Below, piece after piece: positions 32,613 through 41,190 of a DNA stretch of 64,000 nt. The position numbers and the translations under genes are program-made. The notes under the pieces are model-generated. The model made no database searches. It saw only the letters and a program-made list of their open reading frames with translations, and had not been told where the DNA came from. The stretch comes from Thecamonas trahens ATCC 50062 (taxonomy: Eukaryota > Protista > Apusomonadida), in the NCBI RefSeq assembly GCF_000142905.1, contig NW_013657655.1, forward strand, positions 62,001-126,000. Reading direction: 5' to 3'. Every line of letters begins with the position of its first letter. Position 1 is the stretch's first letter.

Positions 32613-35528
32613 CTACGTCGACGACGCCACAAACCAGCCCTTGCCACGAATGCTGCTCCACTCGCGCGCTCCAAGGTCAAGCTCGACGCTACCAGCCAGG
32701 ATCGAGATCGACGGCTGCGTGACGAGGCTGAGATCGCCGGTTCGAACAACCGGATCGCCGTCGGCCAGAGCCTGGACCTCATCGAGCTGAACGACGACCT
32801 TCTCACCGCCGCGCACCACCACCCACGCTCGGGGCTTGGTATCCAGCGCCTTGCCCTCGTCTTCGTTGCGGCTGTCGGTTTCGGCCGCAGCCGCGGGCTC
32901 GGCTTCCACCGCGCGTCCACGCCGGCCCTTGAGCGATCGCGACGAGACAGAGCCTGCGCGCGAGCGCATCGACCCGACCGCTTTGGCTGCCACCGCCGCC
33001 TCCGGGGGGGGAGCCTCCTTCTTCTTGCTCCGCGGCTTGGAGCCAAGGAACAGCAGCGCCGCGGAGCTGTCGTCGACAGCGGCCATCGCCACCGGTCCAT
33101 CCAGCCGCCGCAGCAGCTCAGACGTGTAGACCCCGACAACATGCGGCGCGTCGACGTAGCTAGAGACAGCCTCCCACGACGCAAGCCGCGACGACGACGA
33201 AGACGCCGCCGCCGCCGCCGGCGCGCTGCTTCTCGTCGGTGTCGTCGGCAAAGGGGTCGAGACGCTGGCGCGCCCACGCTTGGACGACGTCGTCGCAGCC
33301 GCAGTCTCGGCCTCCGTCCCAGGCCACTCAATAGAGTAGCCGGCGACAGCGCTTGCCGCTGTCGCACTGCTGCCGCTGCGGCCAAGGAGCGGCCGAACCG
33401 ACGTCGAGCCCTCACCCTCGACTGCCCAGCTCATGACGACAATCATGTCGGCCGCAGCTTCGCGGACAGCGGCAAAGACCCTTGAGCCGCCACCTGCAGT
33501 CGCCACCTTCTCGACTGTCATCGTAGCCGGAACCGCAGCCTGCACCGCCTCGCCCGACGCCACATGCTTCGGGTTCGGCTCGGAAAAGTGGCAAACCACA
33601 GAGCGCTCGCCGCCAGGAACAAGCGGCATCCGAACCAAGGCCCGCCGCGGGACGAGCGCAGACTGAGCGCTTGGCGCATCAAGAAAGAGGCTCTGCGAGT
33701 GCTCGCCAAAGTACACAAACGACCGCCCGAGCTCGCCGTCTTCCGCCCACGCCACCGCCGGCGAGATAACGCTAAGCGAGACAAGCCGCTCGAGCCCCGG
33801 CGAGGCCACAACAGGCAGCACAGTGACTACCGGTGACCGCGCCCCGCCGAGCTCCACGACAACAAACGCTGGCGAGCCTGGAACAGCTGCAGAGTGCAGT
33901 CGGCCATCACCTGTCACCCCAAAGGCAGCGCCGCTCGGCTGGAACTCGCCGCGCGCCACGGCACCACCAAGCACCTCGTCCATCGTGGCCGGATCGACGA
34001 CCGCCTCGCCGGCGCCGCTCGGCAGCTCACCATAAAGAAGAACACAGGCCTTGCGTGAGCCGCCCGGCTGCCATCCACTACCCACCAGCTTGGCCGTGCC
34101 AGCCTTGAGGCCATGCGGGACCCGAGCAGCAGGCACGCTCAGTCCGCCCGCCCGCGTAAAGCCGAGGAAGCCGAGCTCCTTGGGAGTGACCGGGTCAAGC
34201 CACACCGCCCACCGCAGTGACGTGGGCCGCCCGTCTCCACATGCCACCACCACCGGCGCGAGCGGCCGGGAAAGCAGCGCTGGCGTCATCCGCCACGACG
34301 GCACGGCCGGAAACGGCTCGTTGGCGAGCAGGGCGCTCACTTCAGACTTGCGCGACGCCCGGCCTGCCAGATAGAGCGCAAAGGGTGACGGCGCGTCTGG
34401 CGATGCACTCCATGCCGGCGCTGTCGGATGCCGTACGCCCGGCGGGTCCGGAAACGTCGGCAGCCGGGAAGGAAGCCCGTTCCACACCTTGACTTGAGCC
34501 AGAGCCGCCTCAAACGCGCGCATCGCCTCGCGGACGTTGGATGACGACGACGCCGGCCAGCCCTCGGCCTCGAGGACAGCCTCGAGGGCAGCGGCGGCCG
34601 CCTGCGCGTGCGCCAGCGCTTGAGGTGCGTAGACGAGCTTGACCTCTGGCATGAACGCCTTGCTAACAAGCGAGACCCGGAGGTCGGTCGCCTCACCGTT
34701 GGCGCCCGTCACCACCCGCCACACCTGCTCCACCGCCAGCTCGCTCCGCGCCCCGCGGTTGATGAGGTGAGCGTACGCCGACGCATATGCCGACGCAGCT
34801 TCAGGGGTTAGCGCCGCCACCGGCCTGGGCTGGCCTGCTGCGTCGGCGGCGTCGAGAGTTCCAGCCTCGCCACCATGGTCAGCGCCGTCGCCAGGCGCCG
34901 GCGCGCTCGACCGCACGCCGCGCTTGCCGCGCGAGCGGTGGCCAGAACCGCTGCTAGCACCCGCCACGGGTCCACCTGCGCCCGTCGCGCCCATCGCCTC
35001 GGGCGAGTCTGCTTCTGCCGCGAGCGCCACCGACGGCGCCACCAGCGTCGGCTGCGGCATGCCGCACGTCACCATCTTGCCCTGCAGGACGTAGACGCGG
35101 TCAGCAGCCGAGGCAGTGATGACACGGACGGCATGAGCCGCGACGGCAAAGGCCAGCTGAGTCACCGCGGTAAAGCCATCATCATGGCCGCTGTTGTGGT
35201 CGTTGTGGTCATGGTCGTGGCCATGGTACGTCAGTTCAAGGCTGTAGTTGTCGGGCGGAAGTGCACGCGGAGCATCGGGAACGAGCGCAGCAAGCGGAAT
35301 GACTACACGCAATGGAGTCGCCGGAGGCACAGTGACACTTGATGGCGCTGGCGGGAAGTAGCCTGCTGGGTGTGAGGCAAAGGTGGTCGAGGTCGAGAGA
35401 GCCGACAGGCGGGCCGAGAAGCTGCCAGAGAGTGGAACCGCATAGCCTGCAGGCGGGGTCACGACGGCAGTGACAAGGATTTGTGACGTAGGTGATGGTT
35501 GTTGCGGTCGTAGTTGTGCTGTGAGCAT
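32613..35528 (-). CDS. Large hypothetical protein (~970 aa)
   Basis: Long uninterrupted ORF with mixed beta/alpha-looking segments; no family recognised. Confidence 0.65.
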   Translation of the reverse strand: MLTAQLRPQQPSPTSQILVTAVVTPPAGYAVPLSGSFSARLSALSTSTTFASHPAGYFPPAPSSVTVPPATPLRVVIPLAALVPDAPRALPPDNYSLELTYHGHDHDHNDHNSGHDDGFTAVTQLAFAVAAHAVRVITASAADRVYVLQGKMVTCGMPQPTLVAPSVALAAEADSPEAMGATGAGGPVAGASSGSGHRSRGKRGVRSSAPAPGDGADHGGEAGTLDAADAAGQPRPVAALTPEAASAYASAYAHLINRGARSELAVEQVWRVVTGANGEATDLRVSLVSKAFMPEVKLVYAPQALAHAQAAAAALEAVLEAEGWPASSSSNVREAMRAFEAALAQVKVWNGLPSRLPTFPDPPGVRHPTAPAWSASPDAPSPFALYLAGRASRKSEVSALLANEPFPAVPSWRMTPALLSRPLAPVVVACGDGRPTSLRWAVWLDPVTPKELGFLGFTRAGGLSVPAARVPHGLKAGTAKLVGSGWQPGGSRKACVLLYGELPSGAGEAVVDPATMDEVLGGAVARGEFQPSGAAFGVTGDGRLHSAAVPGSPAFVVVELGGARSPVVTVLPVVASPGLERLVSLSVISPAVAWAEDGELGRSFVYFGEHSQSLFLDAPSAQSALVPRRALVRMPLVPGGERSVVCHFSEPNPKHVASGEAVQAAVPATMTVEKVATAGGGSRVFAAVREAAADMIVVMSWAVEGEGSTSVRPLLGRSGSSATAASAVAGYSIEWPGTEAETAAATTSSKRGRASVSTPLPTTPTRSSAPAAAAASSSSSRLASWEAVSSYVDAPHVVGVYTSELLRRLDGPVAMAAVDDSSAALLFLGSKPRSKKKEAPPPEAAVAAKAVGSMRSRAGSVSSRSLKGRRGRAVEAEPAAAAETDSRNEDEGKALDTKPRAWVVVRGGEKVVVQLDEVQALADGDPVVRTGDLSLVTQPSISILAGSVELDLGAREWSSIRGKGWFVASST

Positions 35529-35780
35529 GACTGCAAGGGGTGGGGGGTGGGTGGGGTGGGGGGGTGTGTGTGTGTGTGTGTGTGTGAAGTGGGCGTTGGT
35601 CGGTGGGGCGGTAAGCGGTGGCGGTTTGGTGGGCGCGACACGGCGGCTGGCCAATGGTCAGTCGAGCCCATCCGGCGAGGTGGAGCGGAGCGGGCCGTGG
35701 TGGTGGTGGTGGTAGGGAGTAGGAGGGTAGGGATAGGCAAGTGGGGGGGGGGGGAAGGAAGCAACACTTGACGCAAGGGA

Positions 35781-36797
35781 ATGCTGCGACTGCCTGTTGT
35801 AACCCAAGCTGTAGCGTGTGCCGCAAGGGCTGCGGGCTGTGGGCTGCGCGGCTACACGGGGCCGGCGCCGTCGGTCCGGACCCGGCGCGAGCCGGTGCAG
35901 ACGCACTACTACACCAACGTGCTGACTGAGGCTGTAGAGTCGCTCCCGCCGATCGTGGGAAGCGAGACCGACGCGACGCGGGCGCTCGAGGCGGTCCGCG
36001 CGCTGGGCGAGGCGCGTGCGCCGGTTACGGGGCGGACCCTCGCCCAGCTGCTCCGACTGTGCTTCAAGGTCGGCGAGGGTGAGTCGGCCAAGGCTGTCTT
36101 TGCCGCGTACGGCAAGGTCGACGGGGTGGAAGCGACGGCGGACGAGGTTGGGACGGCTGTGCTCGACGCGGACCTGCGGGTCAAGGCGCGGTTTGCCGCC
36201 AACGCCTCGCACTACACCCTGATGGTCGTGGGCCTCGCCCGCCTCGGCGACCTCGACGGCGCCACCGCCGTCTTTGATGCCATGAAGCGCTCCGCCAAGT
36301 CGGTGCCGGTCCAGGTCTACGGCTCGCTCATTGCCGGCCATGCGCGCGCAGGCGCGTTTGAGGAGGCGCACGGCCTCCTCGGCGAGGTGCTCGAGTCCGG
36401 CGCCGAGCCCAACGCCGTCATTTACACCGCGCTCATCGACGGGTACGGTAAGCGCGGCCAGCTCGACGCCGCGCGCGAGCTGTTCGACGCCATGGAGGGC
36501 ACCGGGGTGGCCCCGACCGAGGTCACCTACACCGCGATGATCAACAACACGGCCGCAGCCGGTGAGTGGGACGAGGCCTGGGCGCTGGTTGACGCCATGG
36601 GCTCTCGCGGCCTGCCCGTTGGCTACGCCACCTACTCGGCCCTCATGCACCGCGCCTACGACCAGGGCCGCACCACCGAGCTGCAGCGCGCTGTGGCGAC
36701 CATCCATGAGTTTGGCATCCGCGTCCCCGCATCGGGCGCCAAGTTCTTTGACCGCGTCGTCGCCGAGCTGCGATCGGCCGAGGGGCAGACGTTCTAG
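35781..36797 (+). CDS. P-class pentatricopeptide repeat protein, probably mitochondrial
   Basis: At least five 35-aa PPR units (e.g. IYTALIDGYGKRGQLDAARELFDAMEGTGVAPTEV). Arg/Ala-rich, acid-free N-terminal presequence. Confidence 0.9.
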   Translation: MLRLPVVTQAVACAARAAGCGLRGYTGPAPSVRTRREPVQTHYYTNVLTEAVESLPPIVGSETDATRALEAVRALGEARAPVTGRTLAQLLRLCFKVGEGESAKAVFAAYGKVDGVEATADEVGTAVLDADLRVKARFAANASHYTLMVVGLARLGDLDGATAVFDAMKRSAKSVPVQVYGSLIAGHARAGAFEEAHGLLGEVLESGAEPNAVIYTALIDGYGKRGQLDAARELFDAMEGTGVAPTEVTYTAMINNTAAAGEWDEAWALVDAMGSRGLPVGYATYSALMHRAYDQGRTTELQRAVATIHEFGIRVPASGAKFFDRVVAELRSAEGQTF

Positions 36798-37241
36798 CTT
36801 TAAACTGTGCCGTCGTTCAGGCAGGGTGTGTGGGGTGTGTGGGGTGGGGGGGGTTTGATGCAGATCGCCGAGGATGTCAGTCTTATCGAGTCCGCGACCA
36901 ATGCCGCACATATGGGTAGTCACAGCCCATCCCTGGGAGAACTTACATTTGGTTGCCGGCTTAGTCGTCGCTTCGCTGGCTCGACGGGCTGATCTTCTGT
37001 GCCAGCACGTTGTGCCAACTCTCACGATGATCCTGTGCACACGAGCAATCATCGCAAGCTCGCGTACTTATGAGATCAAGGTCGACGCTGTCATAAACCG
37101 TCCTCCAAAGGGTGGCTGGGCGGCACTGCCTGTGCCATGCCGCTTCGCGTCGCTCGGCCGGCCGCGGGTGTCGGCGACTCAGGGGCAGTCGCAGCAATGC
37201 TCCGCCCACTGCTCTTGCCCCCCTCCCTCCCCCCCCCTCCC

Positions 37242-37973
37242 ATGTCCGTCAGTAGCGGGCGCGCAGGCCAGGCCGCGCTCCGCAAGGTCTCACAGGCAGC
37301 GTCGCGGCTACGGTCGTCGCTGCTGGGCGTCCGCCTCGCCCCGACCAACAAGTGGCCGCAGGTCCAGCGCCCGCTGGCTGCCGTCGTCCGTAACCTTAGT
37401 GCGCTCTCGACTGCCGCATCCACCGTCAACGAGGTGCCCAATCCTGATGCCATCATCCCGCATACGGCCGGCCTTGCCGTCTTTCCGCGCCAGCTCCCGC
37501 CCACTCCAGCCGAGCTCCTCGCCCTCCCCAACTTTCTGGCCTCCAAGCTGCTGCTGGACATGGAGGACGAGCTGACCACCCGATCAAAGGCCCTTGGCCC
37601 CTCCCCACCCGACCACGATGCGCTACTTCCTGCTATCCGCACCTACAACTCGTCGCTTGCCGCTGTCATCGCTGCCGTCTCGTCGCACACGGCTGCTACC
37701 TCCTTCCGCCTCCGCGTCCCCTCGCGCGTCCGCGCCGTCTACGATGAGAGCGCTGCCCTGTTCAACATGACCGTCGACATGCGTGGTCGCCCTGTCACCT
37801 CGAATTCGTCGTCCTCGCAACAGCCGCCGTCACGCAAGCGCGCCCGCCCCACTGATTCAGAGCACGCCGCCGACGACGACGACGAAGACATCATGTCGTC
37901 CTCGCTCCTGCCCAACCCCAAGCGCCACAAGCCGCTCTCGGCCTCAACCACACCCGCGCCTCTTCGCCCCTAA
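37242..37973 (+). CDS. MED8: Mediator subunit Med8-like
   Basis: KWPQVQ...NLSAL and AVFPRQL...LPNFLASKLLLDMEDE resemble the Med8 core (KW...; PV.LSSKLLPEME). C-terminal NLS-like SRKRAR and PKRHK. Confidence 0.6.
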   Translation: MSVSSGRAGQAALRKVSQAASRLRSSLLGVRLAPTNKWPQVQRPLAAVVRNLSALSTAASTVNEVPNPDAIIPHTAGLAVFPRQLPPTPAELLALPNFLASKLLLDMEDELTTRSKALGPSPPDHDALLPAIRTYNSSLAAVIAAVSSHTAATSFRLRVPSRVRAVYDESAALFNMTVDMRGRPVTSNSSSSQQPPSRKRARPTDSEHAADDDDEDIMSSSLLPNPKRHKPLSASTTPAPLRP

Positions 37974-38453
37974 GCCGACGCATCCGCCGCTGCCGCCTCC
38001 GCGCATCTCCTCGCGCGCGTCCGCCACGCCAACAACGACGAGGACATCATGCCCAACCAACCCCAACCCCAAGCGCCGCAAGTCGCTTTTTGCCTACCCC
38101 GCCGCCCGCCGCCACGCACCCAGCCACATGCCATGCACCTTGCCACGCGCTGCATACCCTCCCACACACACAAACACGCCCCCTCACTCCCCCCCCCGNN
38201 NNNNNNNNNNNNNNNNNNNNNNNNNNNNNNNNNNNNNNNNNNNNNNNNNNNNNNNNNNNNNNNNNNNNNNNNNNNNNNNNNNNNNNNNNNNNNNNNNNNN
38301 NNNNNNNNNNNNNNNNNNNNNNNNNNNNNNNNNNNNNNNATGGCGGTTAATCGCCACCCACCTCCACCCACCACCGCCGCCCCCCCCCCCCCACTCCCCC
38401 CCCCCATCCCCCCCTCACACCCCACCCCACCCCTTCCTACCCCTCGCCACACT

Positions 38454-41168
38454 ATGACCTCATCCACTACCTTTGCATGGACCACCAATGCTGACGGGTG
38501 GACAACAGCCTCCCCGTCGACCCAGACCAACGCAACTGCTCCTGCTGCCGGTGATGGCTCTGCTACAGCATCGCTTGCGCCTGCACCTACGCCTGCCACT
38601 GCGCTTGCGCCTACGCCTGCTGCTGCTCCAGCTTCATCCGCAAGCGATCCGGTGGCCACCCACGCCACCCTCGCTCGGCTCTCGGCTTCCCTGCAGGAGA
38701 CACTGGCCAATCCAGCGCCGGCTGCCCAGGACCTCCGCCCTCTCTTCACCGCCCCGCTGGCAGGTCTCGAGTACTGGCTCCGTGATTACGCCGACGCCAT
38801 CGTCACCCTCTCAGCCTTTCCTACCTTTGTGCACGAGTTCAAGGACCTTGCCGCTGCCGAGGACGCCATTACTGCGGCTGTCGCCGATGCAGGCTCCGCC
38901 GCTGCTGTTCGCACCGCCGCCGCCCGCGTTGCTGCTGCCGGCATGGGCGTCTTTGCCTCCATCGCCACTTGGGCTGAGACTAACGACGTTGCTGCCCGCA
39001 ACGACTATCTGGCTCGCGTTGACGCCTCGGTCATCCCGCCGCTCCGCGATTTTGTCGAGGCCTTGCAGGGCTACGTCGCCGCCGCGCCACAGCCCGACTC
39101 GCTCCGCGGCGACACTCCGCCGCTCTCGCCGGTCCTGCACTCCCTCTCCGCAAACTCTCTTCCCGACACGTCGCCCTCGCCGCAGCCCGCCGCTGCTGCT
39201 GCCCCGGCTGTCGACTCGGCCTACGAGCGCCTCCGCTCCGTCGCCGGCTTTGTCGCCCAGGCCGCCTCGCAGCTCGACGCCGAGTCGCGCTCCCGCGCCT
39301 CTGTCCACCGCGCCTTCCTCGAGCGCGCCGCCGGCGCCGCCCGTGCCGCCTCCGCCGCCCTGCACGAGCTCGGGGAGACCCGCGGCGACCCGTCGTCTGT
39401 CTCGCGCCTCTCGCTCGACGTCATGATGGGTGTCGACCAGGTCGCGTCCATCCTCCACCAGCTCGCCTCCTCTTCCAAGCATGTCGGCGTCTCAGAGGGC
39501 TGCAATCGCGCCGCAGCTGGCGTCCTTGCTGCCTGGAAGAACTTTGACCACAACGTGCTCGAGCAGTACTCGGTCTCGCCCCACGTCGCCTCTGTCGTCG
39601 CAGACCACGTCCGCACAGCCTCCGCCCTCGCCGTTGCCGTCCGCAAGGCCACCGTTGCCATGGTCGAGTATGCTGCCCAGCCAGAGACCCACGCCCCACC
39701 GCAGCAGGCCGCTGAGCAATCGGCTGCCAGCTACGAGCCCGCCGTCGGCCTTGGCGAGTCGTTTGCCCGCTCCGTCACCGGCACGCCCGACACCCGCTCC
39801 ACTGCCCCCGTCCGCCTCGACGACATCTCGCTCGTCCGTGCCACCCCAACGTCGGCGGGCACCCCGGCCAAGTCGTCTCTCGCCACCCCCGCCCCCGCCT
39901 CCGGCACCGCCTCCGACGCCCAAGATCTCGACATTGTTCAGGCCTATGGCGCCCTCGTCGACTCGGCCTCGCTCATGTCTACAAAGTACCGCACGCTCCG
40001 CGTCCGCTGCACTACCTCGGCCAAGGCCGCCCTCTCGGAGCGCGCCGCAGAGGGCATCAAGCGCGCCACAAAGGCCGTGAAGAAGGTCGCCTTCTCCGGC
40101 GGCGACCCGCGCCTCATCGAGGACTACGCCGCCGACCTGCTCCGCAACATCAAGCGTGTCGTCCGCGTCATGGAGAAGCTCTCCATGTCGCGTGCCCTCT
40201 CGCGTGACGACCGCAAGATCGCCCGCTCCTCCGTCCGCGAAGTCACCTCTAAGGCTGTTCGCCTCCTTGAGTCGGCCAAGGTCTACGCCAAGAAGCCGTC
40301 CGAGCCGCGTGCCCAGGGCGTTCATGCTCGCGCCGTCGTCGAGTTTGCTCAGGTCGTCAACATCCTCGTCACAGACGTCACAGACTACACGCTGCCCGTC
40401 GACGAGGCCGGCGAAGACTTTGACTTTTCAGACACAGAGTCCGAGGCCGAGGCCAAGGCTGCCCACGCCGCCGAGCTCGCCGCCCAGGAAAACGCCGCTG
40501 CAGAGGCCAAGCTGGAGGCCGAACGTGCCGCCGCCCTCCAGTCCGCCGGAGCAAACCTTCGCTTCGCCAAGTTCCGCGACGTCATCGCTGCCGTCGACGA
40601 CGCCCGCGGCCGCTCGCTCATCCACGACCCGGACATCGGCGGCTACCTCGCGGGTCTTCGCGACTCGCTCGTCTTCCTCATCATGCATCAGGTCAAGTAC
40701 GAGCCCGAGCTTTGGTCGGAACAGGTCGAGAAGCTCTCTGCCCAGTCCGCCGCCCTGGTCGGCGCCGTTGACGCCGCAAACACCAACGCCACTCTCAAGT
40801 ACCACCTGGCCAACGCCGGCCGCGCTGTCACCGCCGCCACTGCCACCTACGCTGACGCCGTCACTGCCTTTGTCGCCGACCCGCTCGCCGACCCGTGGCA
40901 GGCTCACAACGACGCTGCCGACTCGCTCGGCGCTGCATGGCTCAACTGGCTCACCGATGTCATCCCAGCCGACCTCGACCTCACAGAGGCCGCCCCGGCC
41001 TTTGGTGCCCCGGCCCCCTTCGGCTCGCCGCAGCCTCAGGCCGCCCAGCAGGGCAATCCGTTTGCCTCGCCGGGACCGTTCGGCTCGCCGTCCGCCTCGC
41101 CGCCCGCCGCCCACGGCCAGAGTCAGGGCCAGGGCCAAAAGAGCGGCGGTGGATGTGTCGTCATGTAA
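38454..41168 (+). CDS. Helical-bundle (talin-rod/vinculin-like) protein with C-terminal CAAX box (CVVM)
   Basis: Successive Ala-rich amphipathic helix groups (e.g. SVREVTSKAVRLLESAKVYAKKPSEPRAQ) separated by Pro/Ser linkers. An NPF motif and GGGCVVM-stop at the end. Confidence 0.65.
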   Translation: MTSSTTFAWTTNADGWTTASPSTQTNATAPAAGDGSATASLAPAPTPATALAPTPAAAPASSASDPVATHATLARLSASLQETLANPAPAAQDLRPLFTAPLAGLEYWLRDYADAIVTLSAFPTFVHEFKDLAAAEDAITAAVADAGSAAAVRTAAARVAAAGMGVFASIATWAETNDVAARNDYLARVDASVIPPLRDFVEALQGYVAAAPQPDSLRGDTPPLSPVLHSLSANSLPDTSPSPQPAAAAAPAVDSAYERLRSVAGFVAQAASQLDAESRSRASVHRAFLERAAGAARAASAALHELGETRGDPSSVSRLSLDVMMGVDQVASILHQLASSSKHVGVSEGCNRAAAGVLAAWKNFDHNVLEQYSVSPHVASVVADHVRTASALAVAVRKATVAMVEYAAQPETHAPPQQAAEQSAASYEPAVGLGESFARSVTGTPDTRSTAPVRLDDISLVRATPTSAGTPAKSSLATPAPASGTASDAQDLDIVQAYGALVDSASLMSTKYRTLRVRCTTSAKAALSERAAEGIKRATKAVKKVAFSGGDPRLIEDYAADLLRNIKRVVRVMEKLSMSRALSRDDRKIARSSVREVTSKAVRLLESAKVYAKKPSEPRAQGVHARAVVEFAQVVNILVTDVTDYTLPVDEAGEDFDFSDTESEAEAKAAHAAELAAQENAAAEAKLEAERAAALQSAGANLRFAKFRDVIAAVDDARGRSLIHDPDIGGYLAGLRDSLVFLIMHQVKYEPELWSEQVEKLSAQSAALVGAVDAANTNATLKYHLANAGRAVTAATATYADAVTAFVADPLADPWQAHNDAADSLGAAWLNWLTDVIPADLDLTEAAPAFGAPAPFGSPQPQAAQQGNPFASPGPFGSPSASPPAAHGQSQGQGQKSGGGCVVM

Positions 41169-41190
41169 AGAACCAGAGCTGACGCAGCGT

